From assembly GCA_038087875.1 (NCBI GenBank), contig CM075994.1, positions 6,016,001-6,080,000 on the forward strand: DNA of 64,000 nt, written 5' to 3'. Position 1 is the stretch's first letter; each line of letters begins with the position of its first letter. The DNA is from Malacoraja senta (taxonomy: Eukaryota). Below are positions 44,219-59,200 of the stretch, piece by piece. The notes beneath the pieces are model-generated. The model did no database searches and had not been told where the DNA came from. It was given only the letters and a program-made list of their open reading frames with translations. The position numbers were made by a program, and so were the translations under genes.

Positions 44219-47200
44219 CCGATCTATCTATCTATCTTCTATCTATCTATCTATCTATCTTCTATCTATCTATACAGAAATAAAACTCTGATCTTGTGCT
44301 CTTCCGGTTTGCGGTTTTTTTCCTTTGCGCAAAAATGATACACAATAGCGCTACATTTTTCTCCTCCTGCTCACCATTTTCCTGTGCTCAAATGCACCAA
44401 GTTTAGTTCCAATCGATGGTATAGTTTCAAAGTTGTTAAGGTTTGAAAATCTTAAACATTTTGGTCTCCTCCTGTCAGTGACCGGCACGCAGATTGTTCT
44501 CCTGTCCTGTCATTCACCGGCGCCGCCGGAGCCGCCGCGGGCCACCGCTAGAGCCGCCGCGGGTCGCAGCCGGGGGAAAGGAGCGGCAACATCGAGATCC
44601 TGGGGAGGTGAGGAGGGAGAGAGGGGTTTTGGAGGGAGAGCGGGGGAAATGGGAGAGGTGAGCATGGAGCGTGGGGGAGAAGGGGGAATAGAGAGTAAGG
44701 AGGGGGAGGTAGGGAGTAGGGAATAGAGGGAGAGGAGGGCAGTGGGGGGGGTGAGGAGGGATAGTGGGGGGATAGGGGAAGGTGAGGAGTGGGATAGGAG
44801 GGGATATGGAGGGGAAAGGAGCTATGGAGGGAGGGAGGGAGTGACGGAGGGTAGGGTAAAGGAGAGGGAGGGCGAGGTGAGGGAGGGTTTGGAGAGAGGA
44901 GGAGGAGAGGGGAAAGAAGAGGGAGGACGATGTGGACGGGGATGGAGTGCTGGGGGATGAGGGGAAATGAGCCGCGCCTCCGCAGTTGGGGGGCGATGAG
45001 TGAGTGGTGGAACATTGCCTTGGGGGAACGGTTTGCGTTGGTGGAATAGGTGAGTGGTGGAATATTGCGTTGGGCAACGGGTTGCGTTGGGGACCAGGCC
45101 TCCAGTGTGACAGGGACCCAACGGGTCCCACTTAGTCTAGTGTTTCAATAAGATCCACTCTTATTCTTCTAAACTCCAGCGTATACATGACCACTCGCTC
45201 CATTCTTTTAACATATGTCAGTCCCGCCATCTCGGAATTAACCTCGTGAACCTACGCTGCCCTCCTCCAATAGCAAGGATATCCTTCCTCAAATTTGGAG
45301 ACAAAAGCTGCACACACTACTCCAGGTGTGGTCTCACCGGGGCCCTGCACAACTGGAAAAGGACCTCCTTGCTCCTATATTCACCTCCTCTTCTTATGAA
45401 GGCCAAATTGCCATTAGCTTTATTCACTGCCTGCTGTACCTGCATGCTTATTTTCAATGACTGATGTAAAAGGACACCCAGATCTTGTTGTACTTCCCTT
45501 TTCCTAACTTGACACCATTCAGATAATAATCTGCCGATGAGAGTCTGGTTAGATCTTCCGTGTGCATCTTAATTTTGGGTAACTGAAAAGTATAACCTGA
45601 AATTAGACTATCAGCCGAAGTGAATGAATCAGAATATTCAACAACATCAGATTAGACACCCAGGGTATGGGTGACATCAACTTCAGTCTGTTGGAATAAA
45701 TAAACTTTGCCGCAATTCGCTGGCTGGAACTATCTGAAAATTACCCATATCAGAATTTAAAACCTTGCATTTAATTATTACAGACAATAGACAATAGGTG
45801 CAGGAGTAGGCCATTTGGCCCTTCGAGCCAGCACCGCCGTTCAATGTGATCATGGCTGATCATCTGTAAAGAAGCGTTAACCTTTATTCATACTGCAGCA
45901 TTATAGAAGGCACTAGCTGTACGTGGTCTATCACAGGAACTAGAGAGCGATATGTGGGTGGGGAGATTGTAATTATACTTGTGATATGGGGAGTGGTTAG
46001 TAGTGATGAGGTAACTATATTAAAGGCACATGCATATCTCATCTACATCCTTCCCCTTGGAAACGAAAGGCAAATACAATAGTGACAGGGCGACCACGTC
46101 TCATGCGCTAGAACGGTTAAACAAAATCACCATAGCGGACAGGCGGTTTGACAACACGTCCCGACCGGGTTCGCATCTCGTCATCCTCCCTTCCAGCAGG
46201 AAGAAGTGGCACAGGTGAGGACAGACGAACTGGAAAGGGGGAAACTGGAGGGGACGGAGAAGATAATGGCAGAAAAGCAGGAGGAGATGCGGGTTCAGCA
46301 GCGGGCAGCGCGCGGGCAGGCAAGTGAGGACTAGCCGGAGGAGGATGGGATGGAAGGAGTTGAGAGGGTAGAGATCGTGGCATACGAGGAGTGGCGGGCA
46401 GAGCATCGCCCGGGTGCTGAAACTGCAGTGGGAGAGCAAAAGGATCCGCGGCACGCGGCCGCGGCTCATTGACGAGCCGCAGGTGTTGGCGGGACCGTCG
46501 GTAAACGGTTCCCGCATGGTCGACCAGATAGGATCTGGGCGACCCAGCAGAGCCGACGATGGTAGCGAGCTTCGAGTGACCGGAGGGGGTCTGCATGCGG
46601 ACCACCTGGCCGGGGAAGAGGCGCGGCAGTGGGTGGCAGGACCTGTCATGGGAACGCTTCTGAACATCGTGCCTAAAGGCAATGCGTTCCTGAACAGCAG
46701 CAGGCTTGAGGACGGAGGGGATGAGGGAGCGCTGGGCCACCGGGATCGGGGGTCTGGTAGCGCGAGACATGAGCCGCTGAGCAGGGGAGCCCATGGCAGG
46801 GTCGCGGGAGATGTTGCGGAGGTTGAGGAGGGCCAGATAGAAGTCAGAGTTGGACAAGCGACATTGTTCCAGCAAGTTCTTCGCACTGCGGACGGCGCGC
46901 TCGGCCAGACCGTTGCTTTGCGGGTACTCAGGGCTACTCGTGAAATGGCGGAAGTTCCATCTGGATGCGAAAGCTTTAAACTCGGAGCTCGTGAATTGGC
47001 TGCCATTGTCCGACTACAGGCTGGCCGGGGTGCCAAAAGTGCAAAAATGATGGCCTAACTTATCGACAACGGCCGAAGAGGTGAGGGAGTGCAGCTGGTC
47101 GACCTCAAACCAGCTGGAGTAGGAGTCAACGACGACCAGGAAGTGTTTGCCCCGCCACTCGAAAATGTCAACGGCAACCGCCATCCAGGGCAGTTCGGGG

Positions 47201-50200
47201 GCAGGCTGCTGCAGAAGCGGCTGTCGCTGCTGGTGGGGGGCGAGACTGTTGCAGGTGGAACACGAGGAGACCCTCTCCCGGATGTATTGAGCTATGCCAG
47301 GCCAGTAGAACTGGCTCTGGGCGTGAGACAAGGTGGGTTCGAATCCCACTTCTGACACCATCGTTACTTTACTACCTTTATTCATACTGCAGCATTATAT
47401 AAGGCACTAGCTGTACGTGGTCTATCACAGGAACTAGAGAGCGATATGTGGGTGGGAAGGTTGTAATTATACTTATGATATGGGGAGTGGTTAGTAGTGA
47501 TGAGGTAACTATATTAAAGGCACATGCATATCTCATCTACATCATCCCCAATCAGTACCCCGTTCCTGCCTTCTCCCCATATTCCCTGACTCCGCTATTT
47601 TAAGAGCCCTATCTAGCTCTCTCTTGAAAGCATCCAGAGAACCTGCCTCCACCGCCTTCTGAGGCAGAGAAATCCACAGACTCGCCACTCTCTTTGAGAA
47701 AAAGTGTTTCCTCGTCTCCGTTCTAAATGGCTTAATCCTTATTCTTAAACTGTGGCCAACATGCCATTCGCTTTCTTCACTGCCTGCTGGACCTGCATGC
47801 TTACTTTCATAGACTGATGTACAAGGACCCCCAGATCCTGTTGTACTTCCCCTTTTCCCAACTTGACGCCATTTACATAGTAATCAGCCTTCTTGTTTTT
47901 GCTACCAAAGTGGATAACCTCACATTTATCCGCATTAAACTTCATCTGCCATGCATCTGCCCACTTCCCCAACCTGCCCAAGTCACCCTGCATTCTCATA
48001 GCATCCTCCTCACAGTTCACACTGCCACCCAGCTTTGTGTCATCTGCAAATTTGCTAATGTTACTTTGAATGTTATCTGTTCTTGTCTGGTCAAAAGCAA
48101 ATACTACAGCGTATTTCACGTGGTGAGGGTGAAACATGGGACCTTAAAGGCATCGTATTGCGTGCTCGAGCATTGTGAATACATTTGAAATTTCGAAATG
48201 TTTTCTTGATTCATATTTTTTTGAAAACCACAGAAATAATGTTAAAAGTGTCCTCATAGCAAGAATGTCATTGGCTTCCTAGTTTGAGGAAGGGCATATT
48301 TGCTATTGAGTGAGTCTAGCGTGTGTTCAACAGGTTAATTCCGTGGATGGCGGGAGTGACAAGATTATTAAGGGATTGGACAGGCTAGATCCAGGAAAAA
48401 AATGGTCCCGATGTTGGAGGAGTCCAGAACCACAGGTCACAGTTTAAGAATAAAGGGAAGGTAATTTTGGGCTGAGATGAGGAAAAACATTTTCAACGAG
48501 AGAGTTGTGAATATGTGGAATCCTCTACCATTGATGTCAGTTGAGGCCAATTCACTGGATGTATTCAAGAGCGAGTTGGATATAGGTTTTAGGGCTAACG
48601 GAATCAAGGGAAATCGGGCGAAAGCAGGAACGGGGTACTGATTCTGCATCATCAGCCATGATCATATTGAATGGCTGTGCTAGCTCGAAGAAAGCCCTGT
48701 CATTTCCTTTCTCTCTATCCTTCCCCACCCAAGTCGCACCAGCTTCTCGTTATCACCCAACAAATAGCTAGCAATGGCCTGTTCCTTCAGGAGCGTTACA
48801 TTATTTTGCATATCTTTAATTTGTTGTTATTTATCTCACCACGTCATCGTCTATCCCCCATTGCACATAAACGGAGAAAGAGTGGACAGAGTCTCCAGTT
48901 GCAGGTTTCTGGGTACCCACATCTCAGCAGATCTCAGGTGGTCAACTAACAGGAACTACCTGGTAAAGAAGGCACAACTTCTTTAATCCATAAGATCACT
49001 CAGGAAAGTCAACCTGCCACAACAGCTGCTGGTGCCATTCTACCGTTGCTCCATGCAGCGTGTCCTAACACAAGGCATCAGTTCTGCGGCTGACAAGAAG
49101 GCTCTGCAGAGAGTCATCAACACAGCGCAGAATATTTTCAACACACATCCGCCTGCCCTGGAAGAGATCTATAGCTCTCGTTGCCTGCGAAAGGCATCAC
49201 GCATCCTAATGGGCTCATCTCATCCAACACATCACTTGTTTGCTCTTCTGCCCTCAGGAAAGCGTTACAGGTCCATCAAATCACACACCACAAGATTAAC
49301 CAACTGTTTGTACTCCAAGGCCATCACAACTGAACTCTGCACTGAATACAAACCAACGCATAGCCAATATTTGTGTACGGCTATAACACTATACTGTGGA
49401 ATATTGCACATTATGACTTGACGAAGATTTCATGCCATATTTGCTGTTTTCATTGTCGTTATTTATTCATCTGATACGTTGGAGCTCCGCTCGAGTAGTG
49501 CGCCGGATATTTCGTTGTATGTATTTACAATGACAATAAAATGTATTGTTATTATTATTACAGTATCTACAATGAATTGGCTCGCATTCAGTAATCCTTA
49601 ACAGGCAAATGAACGTTATAATCCCAAGTCACTTCTACAATTGGGGAATAGCAGGTCGTGTTTCTTGTTCACTAAATGATCATTTATTTGCCTAATCGCC
49701 TGAATTTAATGCAGGTGGATTTATCAATTGACCATGAATTTTGGTCAAATGGTCACGGCTGTGCAGCGCTTGGCATTGTGTGTGATAATACCCCACACTT
49801 TTCCGTATTTCCTGTACACAAAATTCAATTGGTGTTTGTGACTGTTTCTGGGCTCAAGTGTCCTGTGTATTTTAATTGTATTAATGTGCTTCCTTTAAAA
49901 AAAAGAAAGAAACAAACTCAAGGCAGAACTGGAGGAAACAGGTACGCATGATTTCACGGATTTTACCATGAAAGGCGACACGGTGGCACAGCGGTAGAGT
50001 TGCTGCCTTACAGCGCCAGAGATCCTGACAACGGGTTCTGTCTGTGCGGAGTTTGCAAGTTCTCCGCGTGGGATTTCTCTGTCCTACAGTTCCCCTCCGC
50101 ACTCAAAACACGTGCAGGATTTTAGGTTAATTGGCTTTGGTAAAAAATGTAAATTGTCACTTGTGTGCAGGATAGTGTTGGTGTGCAGGGATCATAGGTC

Positions 50201-53200
50201 GGCGCGGATTCGGTGGGTCGATAGGCCTGTTTCCACGTTGCACCTCTAAACTAAACTCAATAATGCCGCTTGCATATGCTTTATCCCAATGCAGGAATTA
50301 ATGCCACACTCATAGGTGGAGAATGGCTTGCAGATGGAATGGATCTTACACTAATTGAGCACTGGTGGCATACGAGCAAAGAGCCCTGTTTCTTTCCGAG
50401 CACGTGTTGCTGTATTTCTATTTTGTTTATGGCATACCGTTCTTGGGAGGGAAAATAATAGATAAGGAAGATTGGTGTTGGCACTGGCAGTATTTATTTT
50501 ATTATTGTACCAACGGGACCACTGCGAAAACCTGTACTGAAAGAAAACAACGCTGAATGGTTAGAAATTCTGTCCTAAGAAGTTTGTTGTACTTTCCGTG
50601 ACCGCATGACCAAAATGATTCTGTCTGGTCGATTTTGTAGATTGGTTGGTCTTTGTGCCCTTAACGCCAGGGGGCGTTCCAAATCCTTAAATTACAATGA
50701 ACATTGAATTCTCCCAATTCTGCTAGCCCTGGCTGTCCCCTCCCCTTCATCAGCCATCTGGTTGTCTCCTCCCCTCCCCCAGCCCTCGGGCTCCTCCTCC
50801 GCCTTTTCCTTTTTTCCTTTCTTCTCCCCACCCCCTATCAGTCTGAAGAAGGGTTTCGGCCCGAAACGTTACCTATTTCCTTCGCTCCATAGATGCTGCT
50901 GCACCCGCTGAGTTTCTCCAGCATTTTTGTGTACCTTAAATTACGATTGTCCAGTGCTCCTACTCTCGCTTATTTCGATGTAAAACTACTGGTGGCACTG
51001 ACGTGTGATGCCTCCCAATATGGACTAGGAGCTGCTTGCCTCCAGAATTCCGTCCAGGGTGACAGCAGACCTGTTGCTTACCCCTCCCATCCCTTGCCTG
51101 GGACGGAACATCGATACGCCCAGATAGAAAAGGAGTTACTAGTCGTGGTTTTTGCCTGCACGTAATTCAAGGACTTTATTTTTGGGACCATGACCGTTGA
51201 AACAGACCACCAACCTTTGGTCACTATTCTGAACGAACCCATTCATGCTGCTCTGCCTCGCCTTCAAAGCGTGATGATGCAGCTACAGAGTTTCGATTTC
51301 ACACTAATCTACAAAAGGGGCAAGGACATGCATCTGGCTGACACGCTTTCAAGAGCCCCACGAAAACCTGCGAACAACAACCGTCTGCAAATGACTAGTT
51401 CACTGTAATGATGGTGCCCTGCATCCCAACAGAATGCGTAAGCGACTTGACAGAGCAAATGGGTGCAGATAACTTTACAGCTACTGTCTTTAGTCATCCG
51501 GCATGGCTCGCCGGATAAACAATATACACTTTCACCCATACTAGTCCAGTCCGAGAAGAACTGGTGCTGCAGGACGGTGTCGTAATCAAAGGGCCGAATG
51601 GCCTACTCCTGCGCCTATTTTCTATGTTTCTATGTTTCTATGTTTCAACGGTCACGAGGCAGTGATCCCAACTGCCCTAATGGACAAATATTTTGATGCC
51701 GTCCGACAGGTGTCACCCCGGCGTGCAAGCAACCATACGCCGAACAAAGAGCATGTTTTTCTGGCGTGGAATGACCGAATTTATGCGTGGGAAAATTAAA
51801 GCCTGTGCTATCTGCAACAGCCTGATGCCACGCCAACAGAAGCAGCCCCTGCTCTTACATTCTGTTCCTCCTCTGCCTTTGTCCGCGTTTGCCACTGACA
51901 TAGTCGAGTGGCGTGGCAAACATTATCTGGTTCTCGTCGAAATTGACCTGCTCCAATGCTCAACATCTGCTGCAGTAATCCAAAAGCTGGCGCGCCATTT
52001 CTCCGTACACGGTGCACCCGCACGCCACCTGTCAGATAATGGCAGTCGGTTCACTAGCCAGTGTTTTAAAAACCTTGCTCAGCAATGGGATTTTCTCCAC
52101 GTCACCAGCAGTCCAGAATTCCCACAATCAAACGGACCTGCAGAACGGGCTGCCATGAGCGCCAAGCAATTGATGGAGCGCTCACACCTTGCAAAATCCG
52201 ATGTCTACCTGGACCTGCTCAACCTGAGAAATATCGCAGTGACCCAATACTAGGGTCTTCTGCCCAACGCCTGATGTCCCGATAGAGCCGTGCTGCAGTG
52301 CCTGTGCCCAAACAATTACTGCAGCCACAGGTTCGTTCACCATTTGCTGTACAGAAACAACTCCAGCTGAAATGCAATACCCAAACGCGATCATTTGACA
52401 ATTCCAGCAAACCACTGTAAACCTCTCTCCAGTGGCCAAGTCGTTCGCCTTCAAACCAACAAGGGCTATGGCCGTTTGAGTTTCATCCACTGTCCCGTCC
52501 CGCAATTGAGCCGCACTCATACCTGGTGAGTGTAGACGGAGGGATCTGCAGACGACACCGTCAACATCACCTTCCTGTGAAGGAACCACGTCCTGCTGTC
52601 TCGTATCCTGATGTTCCGCGTCCGATCTACCCATCCACTGACGGACATTCTCTTCCCTCACGACCTGCAGCTGCAGACCCACCCCTGGATCTTTCTCCAA
52701 CTCCCTCGACACGACGCTCGATGCCCCGCTCGCCGAGTGTGTCCCCCAGGTCCCTAGTGCTCCCGCCGCCCGGGACCCCGACATTTTCGCCGATGAAAGG
52801 AGGAGATGCGGATCTGTACCTTACGCGCGCGGGGCGGGTTTGTAGGCCGCCCCTTAGATACAAGGACTTTGTTTGAACCACCTGAACTCCCTTGTATGCG
52901 CTATTAGCGTTCTCGGTCGCATTATTAATCAGTCAGCAACCAGAAACATACTCATACATATATATCATTTCATTGTAGATGTGTTGCACTTTTCTTACAA
53001 GGAAAGATGTCGATTTGTTACATTACGTACGAACCAATGTAGTGCTTTATTATTATAAGCACCGCCTACTACTACACCATTCATATTATCGCAACCCGAC
53101 ATGTGCTGTTAGTTGGTGATGCAGCACGGTAGAATTGATATGCTGCTGAGTGTTGTATATGTTACTCAATAAATACGGTTGTACCAGATCCGTGAGTATG

Positions 53201-56200
53201 ATTAATTCACTCAACAATTAAACCGCCAAGACGCCTAACGCGTTCTTGTTGATATACTGTTTAGGAAAGAACTGCAGATGCTAGTTTAAATCGAAGGTGG
53301 ACACAAAATGCTGTAGTAATTCAGCGGTACAGGCAGCATCTCTGGAGAGAAGGACTGGGTGACGGTTCGTCTGACCCGAAACATCGCCCATTCCTTCTCA
53401 CCAGAGATGCTGCCTGTCCCACTGAGTTACTCCAGCATTTTGTGTCCACCTTGTTTTTATACTCGCTTCTCTATATCTACCAGGATTCTCTACGTAAATC
53501 AACCGTTCCTTTTTGTTTTGGCTGTGTTGGCATTAAAAGGGAAAAACAAGTTTAATGGCAGCAAATTATGACGTTGTGTTTACTAATTGCTTAAATCTAT
53601 TCTATGAGGTGGACAATGGGGATAGGAGGGAAAGATTGATCAGCCATGATTGAATGACGGAGTAGACAGGATGGGCCGAGTGGCCTAATCGTTCCTGTCA
53701 CAAGACCTTATGACCCTATTTCCGTGTTACCAGCTGAGAAGTTGCAGAAGAAAGAAGCAGGTAAGCTATAATTAGATCGCGTCAAAGCCATTGTTTATCA
53801 CTAGACTTTGGTAGAATTTTCTGCATGTTAAGTGCTTTCAATATTCATTTTCCAACAATAATTATAACTTAATGATCATTAGAAATGCTGAAACATCTGG
53901 AAAAAGATAGTAAGTAAAACTAACCAGTTGGTTATATTGAGAAATATACTTAAAAGTGCCTGTCAACCTAATCTAGGTAAAGAGGTAAAGAGGAGTAATC
54001 GGGTTATGGAACTTTGCAGAGTTAATTGAAAAAAAGTACAAGATCTACTAAAAGGGCGCCTCGCCAAGGTTAATGTTTACGACCCATGGTTATTGCTCAC
54101 CAGGTTTGTTTTTGACACTGAAGAATCAAAATTGCTTGAAAATCGCGATTTGAAAAGCAGCCCATGCAGTCGGAAGGGTGACCAGAACCCTCATTCCGCA
54201 TCAATTCCAACTTTATAATTCAAGCGGCCGGCAAGTAGTGGGGGAGATGCAGGGATGCATTTGTAGTCGGGCAGGCTACACCTGAAGAAGGATCCCCGAA
54301 ATGTGTCCCCAATTGTGCATGCTCTCCATGGATGCCGCCTGACTCATTGAGTTCCTCTGGCATTTTGTGTCCTTCTATGAAGTGTCTTCATGTTCTCCGC
54401 TCTGTGCACATGAAGGAAATATTGCTTAATATGACAGTCAATTTGACATACGGCAGTCAGGACAAGACAAATTGTGAATCCGTTGGCTTCCCTAGGACTA
54501 TTTGATGTATTTACATGCGAATGTCAGAAGTCATGGAATATCATAATCAGCATAAGAGACTGTTCCTAACATTATACTCTATTAATTTTCAACATCTTGC
54601 TTCATTTTATTATTAAAAACTGCTGTTTCTTGACCATTGTGATTTGTCTAAACCGTGCTATTTTCTGTTTATCGTTTCAATTTTATATTTTGTCACATAA
54701 TATTCAGAAACACGTTTCAAAGAATCAAATTCTGGTTAGTGCATTCGTCTATTTTATTTACGATCTTATAATTAAGTTTCTCCCCCAACAACTCCAGTAA
54801 CAAAATTCCGGATCTTGCAGTGAAGGACTCCAGATTCAATATATTGTTCGCTACTGTCTATGGCAATTCTTTCGCAATTTAGCAAATCAAATATTGCGTA
54901 AATGTGCGCGCACTTTTGCATTTGCACTCGCACGTAAGGAGTGGAAACGTTTTTTTCTTAATTATGCATAGCAAGAGGGATTTTTAAAGAAATCATCCTC
55001 TCGTAATGCTCTGGGACACAAAGCTGAAGAAATTATTAACGGTCATGGTGATGGTATATCATGCTTTGTTACTTTTGGGGTGTGGTATTTCTCGTGTAAC
55101 AAAGTGAGAACTGAGATATAATTGCAAAATACTTTTGATCTTGGCTGCTATTGGCGTCTTTTTGAGTGTCTGTGTTCAGACGACAGGGAGATCTGAGACG
55201 AAATTACTTTTTAATTTCAGAATGTGAAAAATTGGTAGTAATTCGCACGGACGTCGGTAAGGAGTGAAACATGTTTACTCGGGGAAAATACACGTGGAAT
55301 TTTATTAATTGTGCAAAACTCAAAACGAAATAAAGGATTTCATGCTGTTCTCCAACGATGTGCTTCATTTAGGAATACAAAAAAAACACTAAATGCTTCT
55401 GTGTACTGTCTATGTAACCTCTGCAAATAGCTACGCGTGAGAGTAACAGAGAAGCGACTAATATATATAATGAAGGTAGACATAAATGGTGAGTCAACAT
55501 CTATGGACGAAGGAATAGGCAACGTTTTGGGTCGAGACCCTTCTGTCGCCTATTCCTTCGCTCCATAGATGCTGCCTCACCCGCTGAGTTTCTTCAGCAT
55601 TTTTATCTACCTTCGATTTTTCCAGCATCTGCAGTACTTTCTTAAATATAAATAATGATGCACTTTAGAATGTAACACTGTCGCGATATCTAGGCGGAGA
55701 CATCTATACAAGGCTACAAAACGTCAGCCAGTCCTTCTGTCCAGAGTTGCTGCTTGTCCCGCTGAGTTACTCCAGCATTTTGTGCCTATTCCCTCATGGT
55801 AGCTTAGCTGAAATGATACAAAGACTCAGCGCGTAGTATGTGAAACCAGTATTATCCAGGATCAGAGTTAACTCTTTCAAATTTCAATATCAAAGGAAGC
55901 CGAGGGGTGACTATTTTGCACGAAGTATGGTGGGTCTATTCAACGAGCTGCCGGAGGAGGTACTTGGGTCAGGTACCGCCGCAACATTTAAGAAACACAT
56001 AGACAGTAACATGGATAGGATAGGTTTAATGGGATGAGGGCCAAAAGCAAACAGGTGGGCTGAGTGTAGATAGGACACGTTCGGTGAGGGCAGTTTAGGA
56101 CGAAGGCCCTGTTTCCACGCTGCACGAATCTATGGCTCTCAAACATTCATCTTCAACTTCTAAGCATTTTGGGCGGCTGGTCATTTAAACTGTCTTGGGA

Positions 56201-59200
56201 ACAGCTTATGTTTGAAATGTTACAGCCACTGGATATGGCCAGTTTGTTTATGAATATATTTTAATTTGTTTGTAGACCTATGTACGACTGGTGAGTACAA
56301 AGGCTTTCTTTAATAATTTGCCTGGGAACCAAATTTATTCCGTCAGCTGTGAACTTGCATTTCCCACAACACGTAGTCGGAATAAAATTGTCATCAGTAT
56401 CGAATGCATATCGAGAGTCAGAAATGTTACTATGTTTAGAGTAGACAATAGACAAGAGAGAATAGGTGCAGGAGTAGGCCATTTAGCCCTTCGAGCCAGC
56501 ACCGCCATTCACTGTGATCATGGCTGATCACTCACATTCAGAACCCCGTTCCTGCCTTCTATCAATTGACTTATCCAGCGAGTCCGCTATCTTTAAGAGC
56601 TCTATCCAACTCTCTCTTGAAAGCATTCAGAGAATAGACCTCTACTGCCTTCTGAGGCGGAGAATTCCACAGATTCACAACTCTTTGGGTGACAGCGGTT
56701 TTGCTGATCTCCGTTCTAAGTGGCCTACCACTTATTCTTAAACTGTGTCCCCTGGTTCTGGATTCCCCCAACATCGGGAGCATGTCTGCTGCCCCTAGCG
56801 TGTCCAATCGCTTAATAATCTTACATGTTTCCAATAAGATCCACTCTCATCCTCCTAAATTCCAATGTATACAAGCCGAATCGCTCTATTCTCTCAGCAT
56901 ATGACAGTCCCACTATCCCGGGAATTAACCCCGTGAAACTACGCTGCACTCCCTCAAAAGCAAGAATATCTTTCATCAAATTTGGAGACCAAAACTGCAC
57001 ACAATACTCCGGGTGTGGTCTCACCAGGGCCCTGTACAACTGCAGAAGGACCTCTTTGCTCCGATAATGAACTCCTCTTCTTATGAAGGCCAATATGCCA
57101 TTAGCTTTCTTCACTGCCTGCTGAACCTGCATGCTTACTTTCAATGACTGGTGTACAAGGACACCCAGATCTTGTTATAACTTCCCCTTATCCTAACTTG
57201 ACATCATTCAGAACTTCTTCTTCTTCTTGCATATGGCGTGCAGAGCCTAATGTTTAGGACAACTTGTTCTATTTGATCCTATTTGATTGTGCACATCAGG
57301 TTGATTGCATTCGTTGAAACAAGGCGGACCACGTGAAGGTTCAATCTCCCACCCCATATTTCAGATAATAATCTACCTATGACAGTCTGATTAGATCACC
57401 GTGTGCATCTTATGTTTGGATACGTAAAAAGTATAACCTGAAATTAGACTATCAGCCTCATTGATTGAATCAGAATATTCAACAAGATCAGATTAGACAC
57501 CCAGGGAATGGATGACATCAACGTCAGTCTGTTAGAATAAATAACCTCAGAATTTAAAACTAGTTGCATTTAATTATTATCTGTTCTTGTCTGAATTCAA
57601 AAACAAATACAACCGTGTATTTCACGTGGCGAGAGTGAAATATGGGACCTTAAAGGCAGCTTAATGAGTGCTCCGCATATGGATTACATTTGAAATTTGG
57701 AAACGTTGTCTTGATTCATACTTTTGTGAAACGACAGAAATAATGTTAAAAGTATCCTTAATAACAAGAATGTCATTGCCCTCATAATTTGAGGAAGGAC
57801 ATAGATACATAGAAATTAGGTGCAGGAGTAGGCCATTCGGCCCTTCGAGCCTGCACCGCCATTCAATACGATCATGGCTGAGGGAGTGCAGCGTGGGTTC
57901 ACCAGGTTAATTCCAGGGATGGCGGGACTGTCATAGGATGAAAGAATGGATCCACTGGGCTTGTATTCAGCAGAATTTGGAAGGATGAGAGGGGATCTTA
58001 TAGAATCTTATAGATAAAATTATTAAGGGGCTGGATCCAGGAAAAAATGGTCCCGATGTTGGTGGAGTCCAGAAACACGGGTCACAGTTTAAGAATAAAG
58101 GGTAGGTCATTTAGGACTGAGATGAGGGAAAACCTTTTCACCCAGAGAGTTGTAAATCTGTGGAAATGTCTGCCATAGAACGCAATGGAGGCAAATTCAC
58201 TGGATGTATTCAAGAGCGAGTTAGATATAGCTTTTAGGGCTAGCGGAATCAAGGGTTATGGGGCGAAAGCAGGAACGGGATACTGATTCTGGTTGATCGG
58301 CCATGATCATATTGAATGGCGGTGCTAGCTCTAAGGCAGCCCCGGCATATCCTCTCTCTCTCTCCTTCCCCTACCCGTCGCAGCAGCTTCTCGTTCTCAC
58401 CCAACAAACAGCTAACAATGGCCTGTTTCCTTTATCAGCGTTACATTATTTTGCATATCGTTAATTCGTTGTTCTTTATCTCTCCACTTCATTGTCTATA
58501 GCTCTCGTTTCCCTTATCATTAACCAGTCAGAAAAAGGGTCTCGACCCGAAACGTCACCCATTCCTTCTCTCCAGAAATGCTGCCTGTTCCGCTGAGTTA
58601 CTCCAGGTTTTTTTTAAAATCTAACTTCGGTTTAAACCAGCATCTGCAGTTCCCTCCTACAAATTACTTCCAATGCCTTCCGTTATTTCATGACACGATT
58701 TAGTGATTTTGTTTCCGTTGCATGGAAAATGAAGGAAAAGGCCAGAGTATCTACAATAATTTGCCTTGCACTCAGTAATCCTTAACAGATAAAGGATTAC
58801 CGTTATAAACGTGTATCTTGTTCACTAAATGATCTTTAATTCCCTAATAGTCTGAATTTAATGCAGGTGGATTTATCAAATTGACGATGCATTTTGGTCA
58901 AATGGACTCGACTGTGTAACGTTTGGCATGGTGTCTGATTATACCCTAACTTTTGCTGATTTGCAATATACAAAATTCAACTGGTGTTTGTGACTGTTTG
59001 TTTCTGGGCTCAGGCGTCCTATGTATTTTAATTGTATTAATGTGCTTCCTTTAAAAAAAAAGAAACAAACAAACTCAAGGCAGAACTGGGGGAAGCAGGT
59101 ACGCATGCTTTCACGGATTTGACCATAATGGGCGACACGGTGGCACAGCCGTAGAGTTGCTGCCTGACAGCGCCAGAGATCCTGACGACGGGTTCTGTCT

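Larger units (their letters stand above)
43830..45535 (-). mobile_element. CR1 3' fragment split by a Helitron-like insertion (uninterrupted-site paralog 56440-57380)
   Basis: (acaatag)n tail; CR1 sequence resumes at 45141. Confidence 0.85.

Noticed and set aside
44514..45131. Pro/Ser-rich 150-205 aa ORFs
   Set aside because: Product of a low-complexity purine tract inside the Helitron-like element
46101..47058. 311-aa and 214-aa ORFs as novel proteins
   Set aside because: Alternative frames or antisense of the GC-rich Gypsy integrase
47332..47360. tRNA gene
   Set aside because: Only the 3' part with CCA, adjacent to an LTR; interpreted as a primer-binding site
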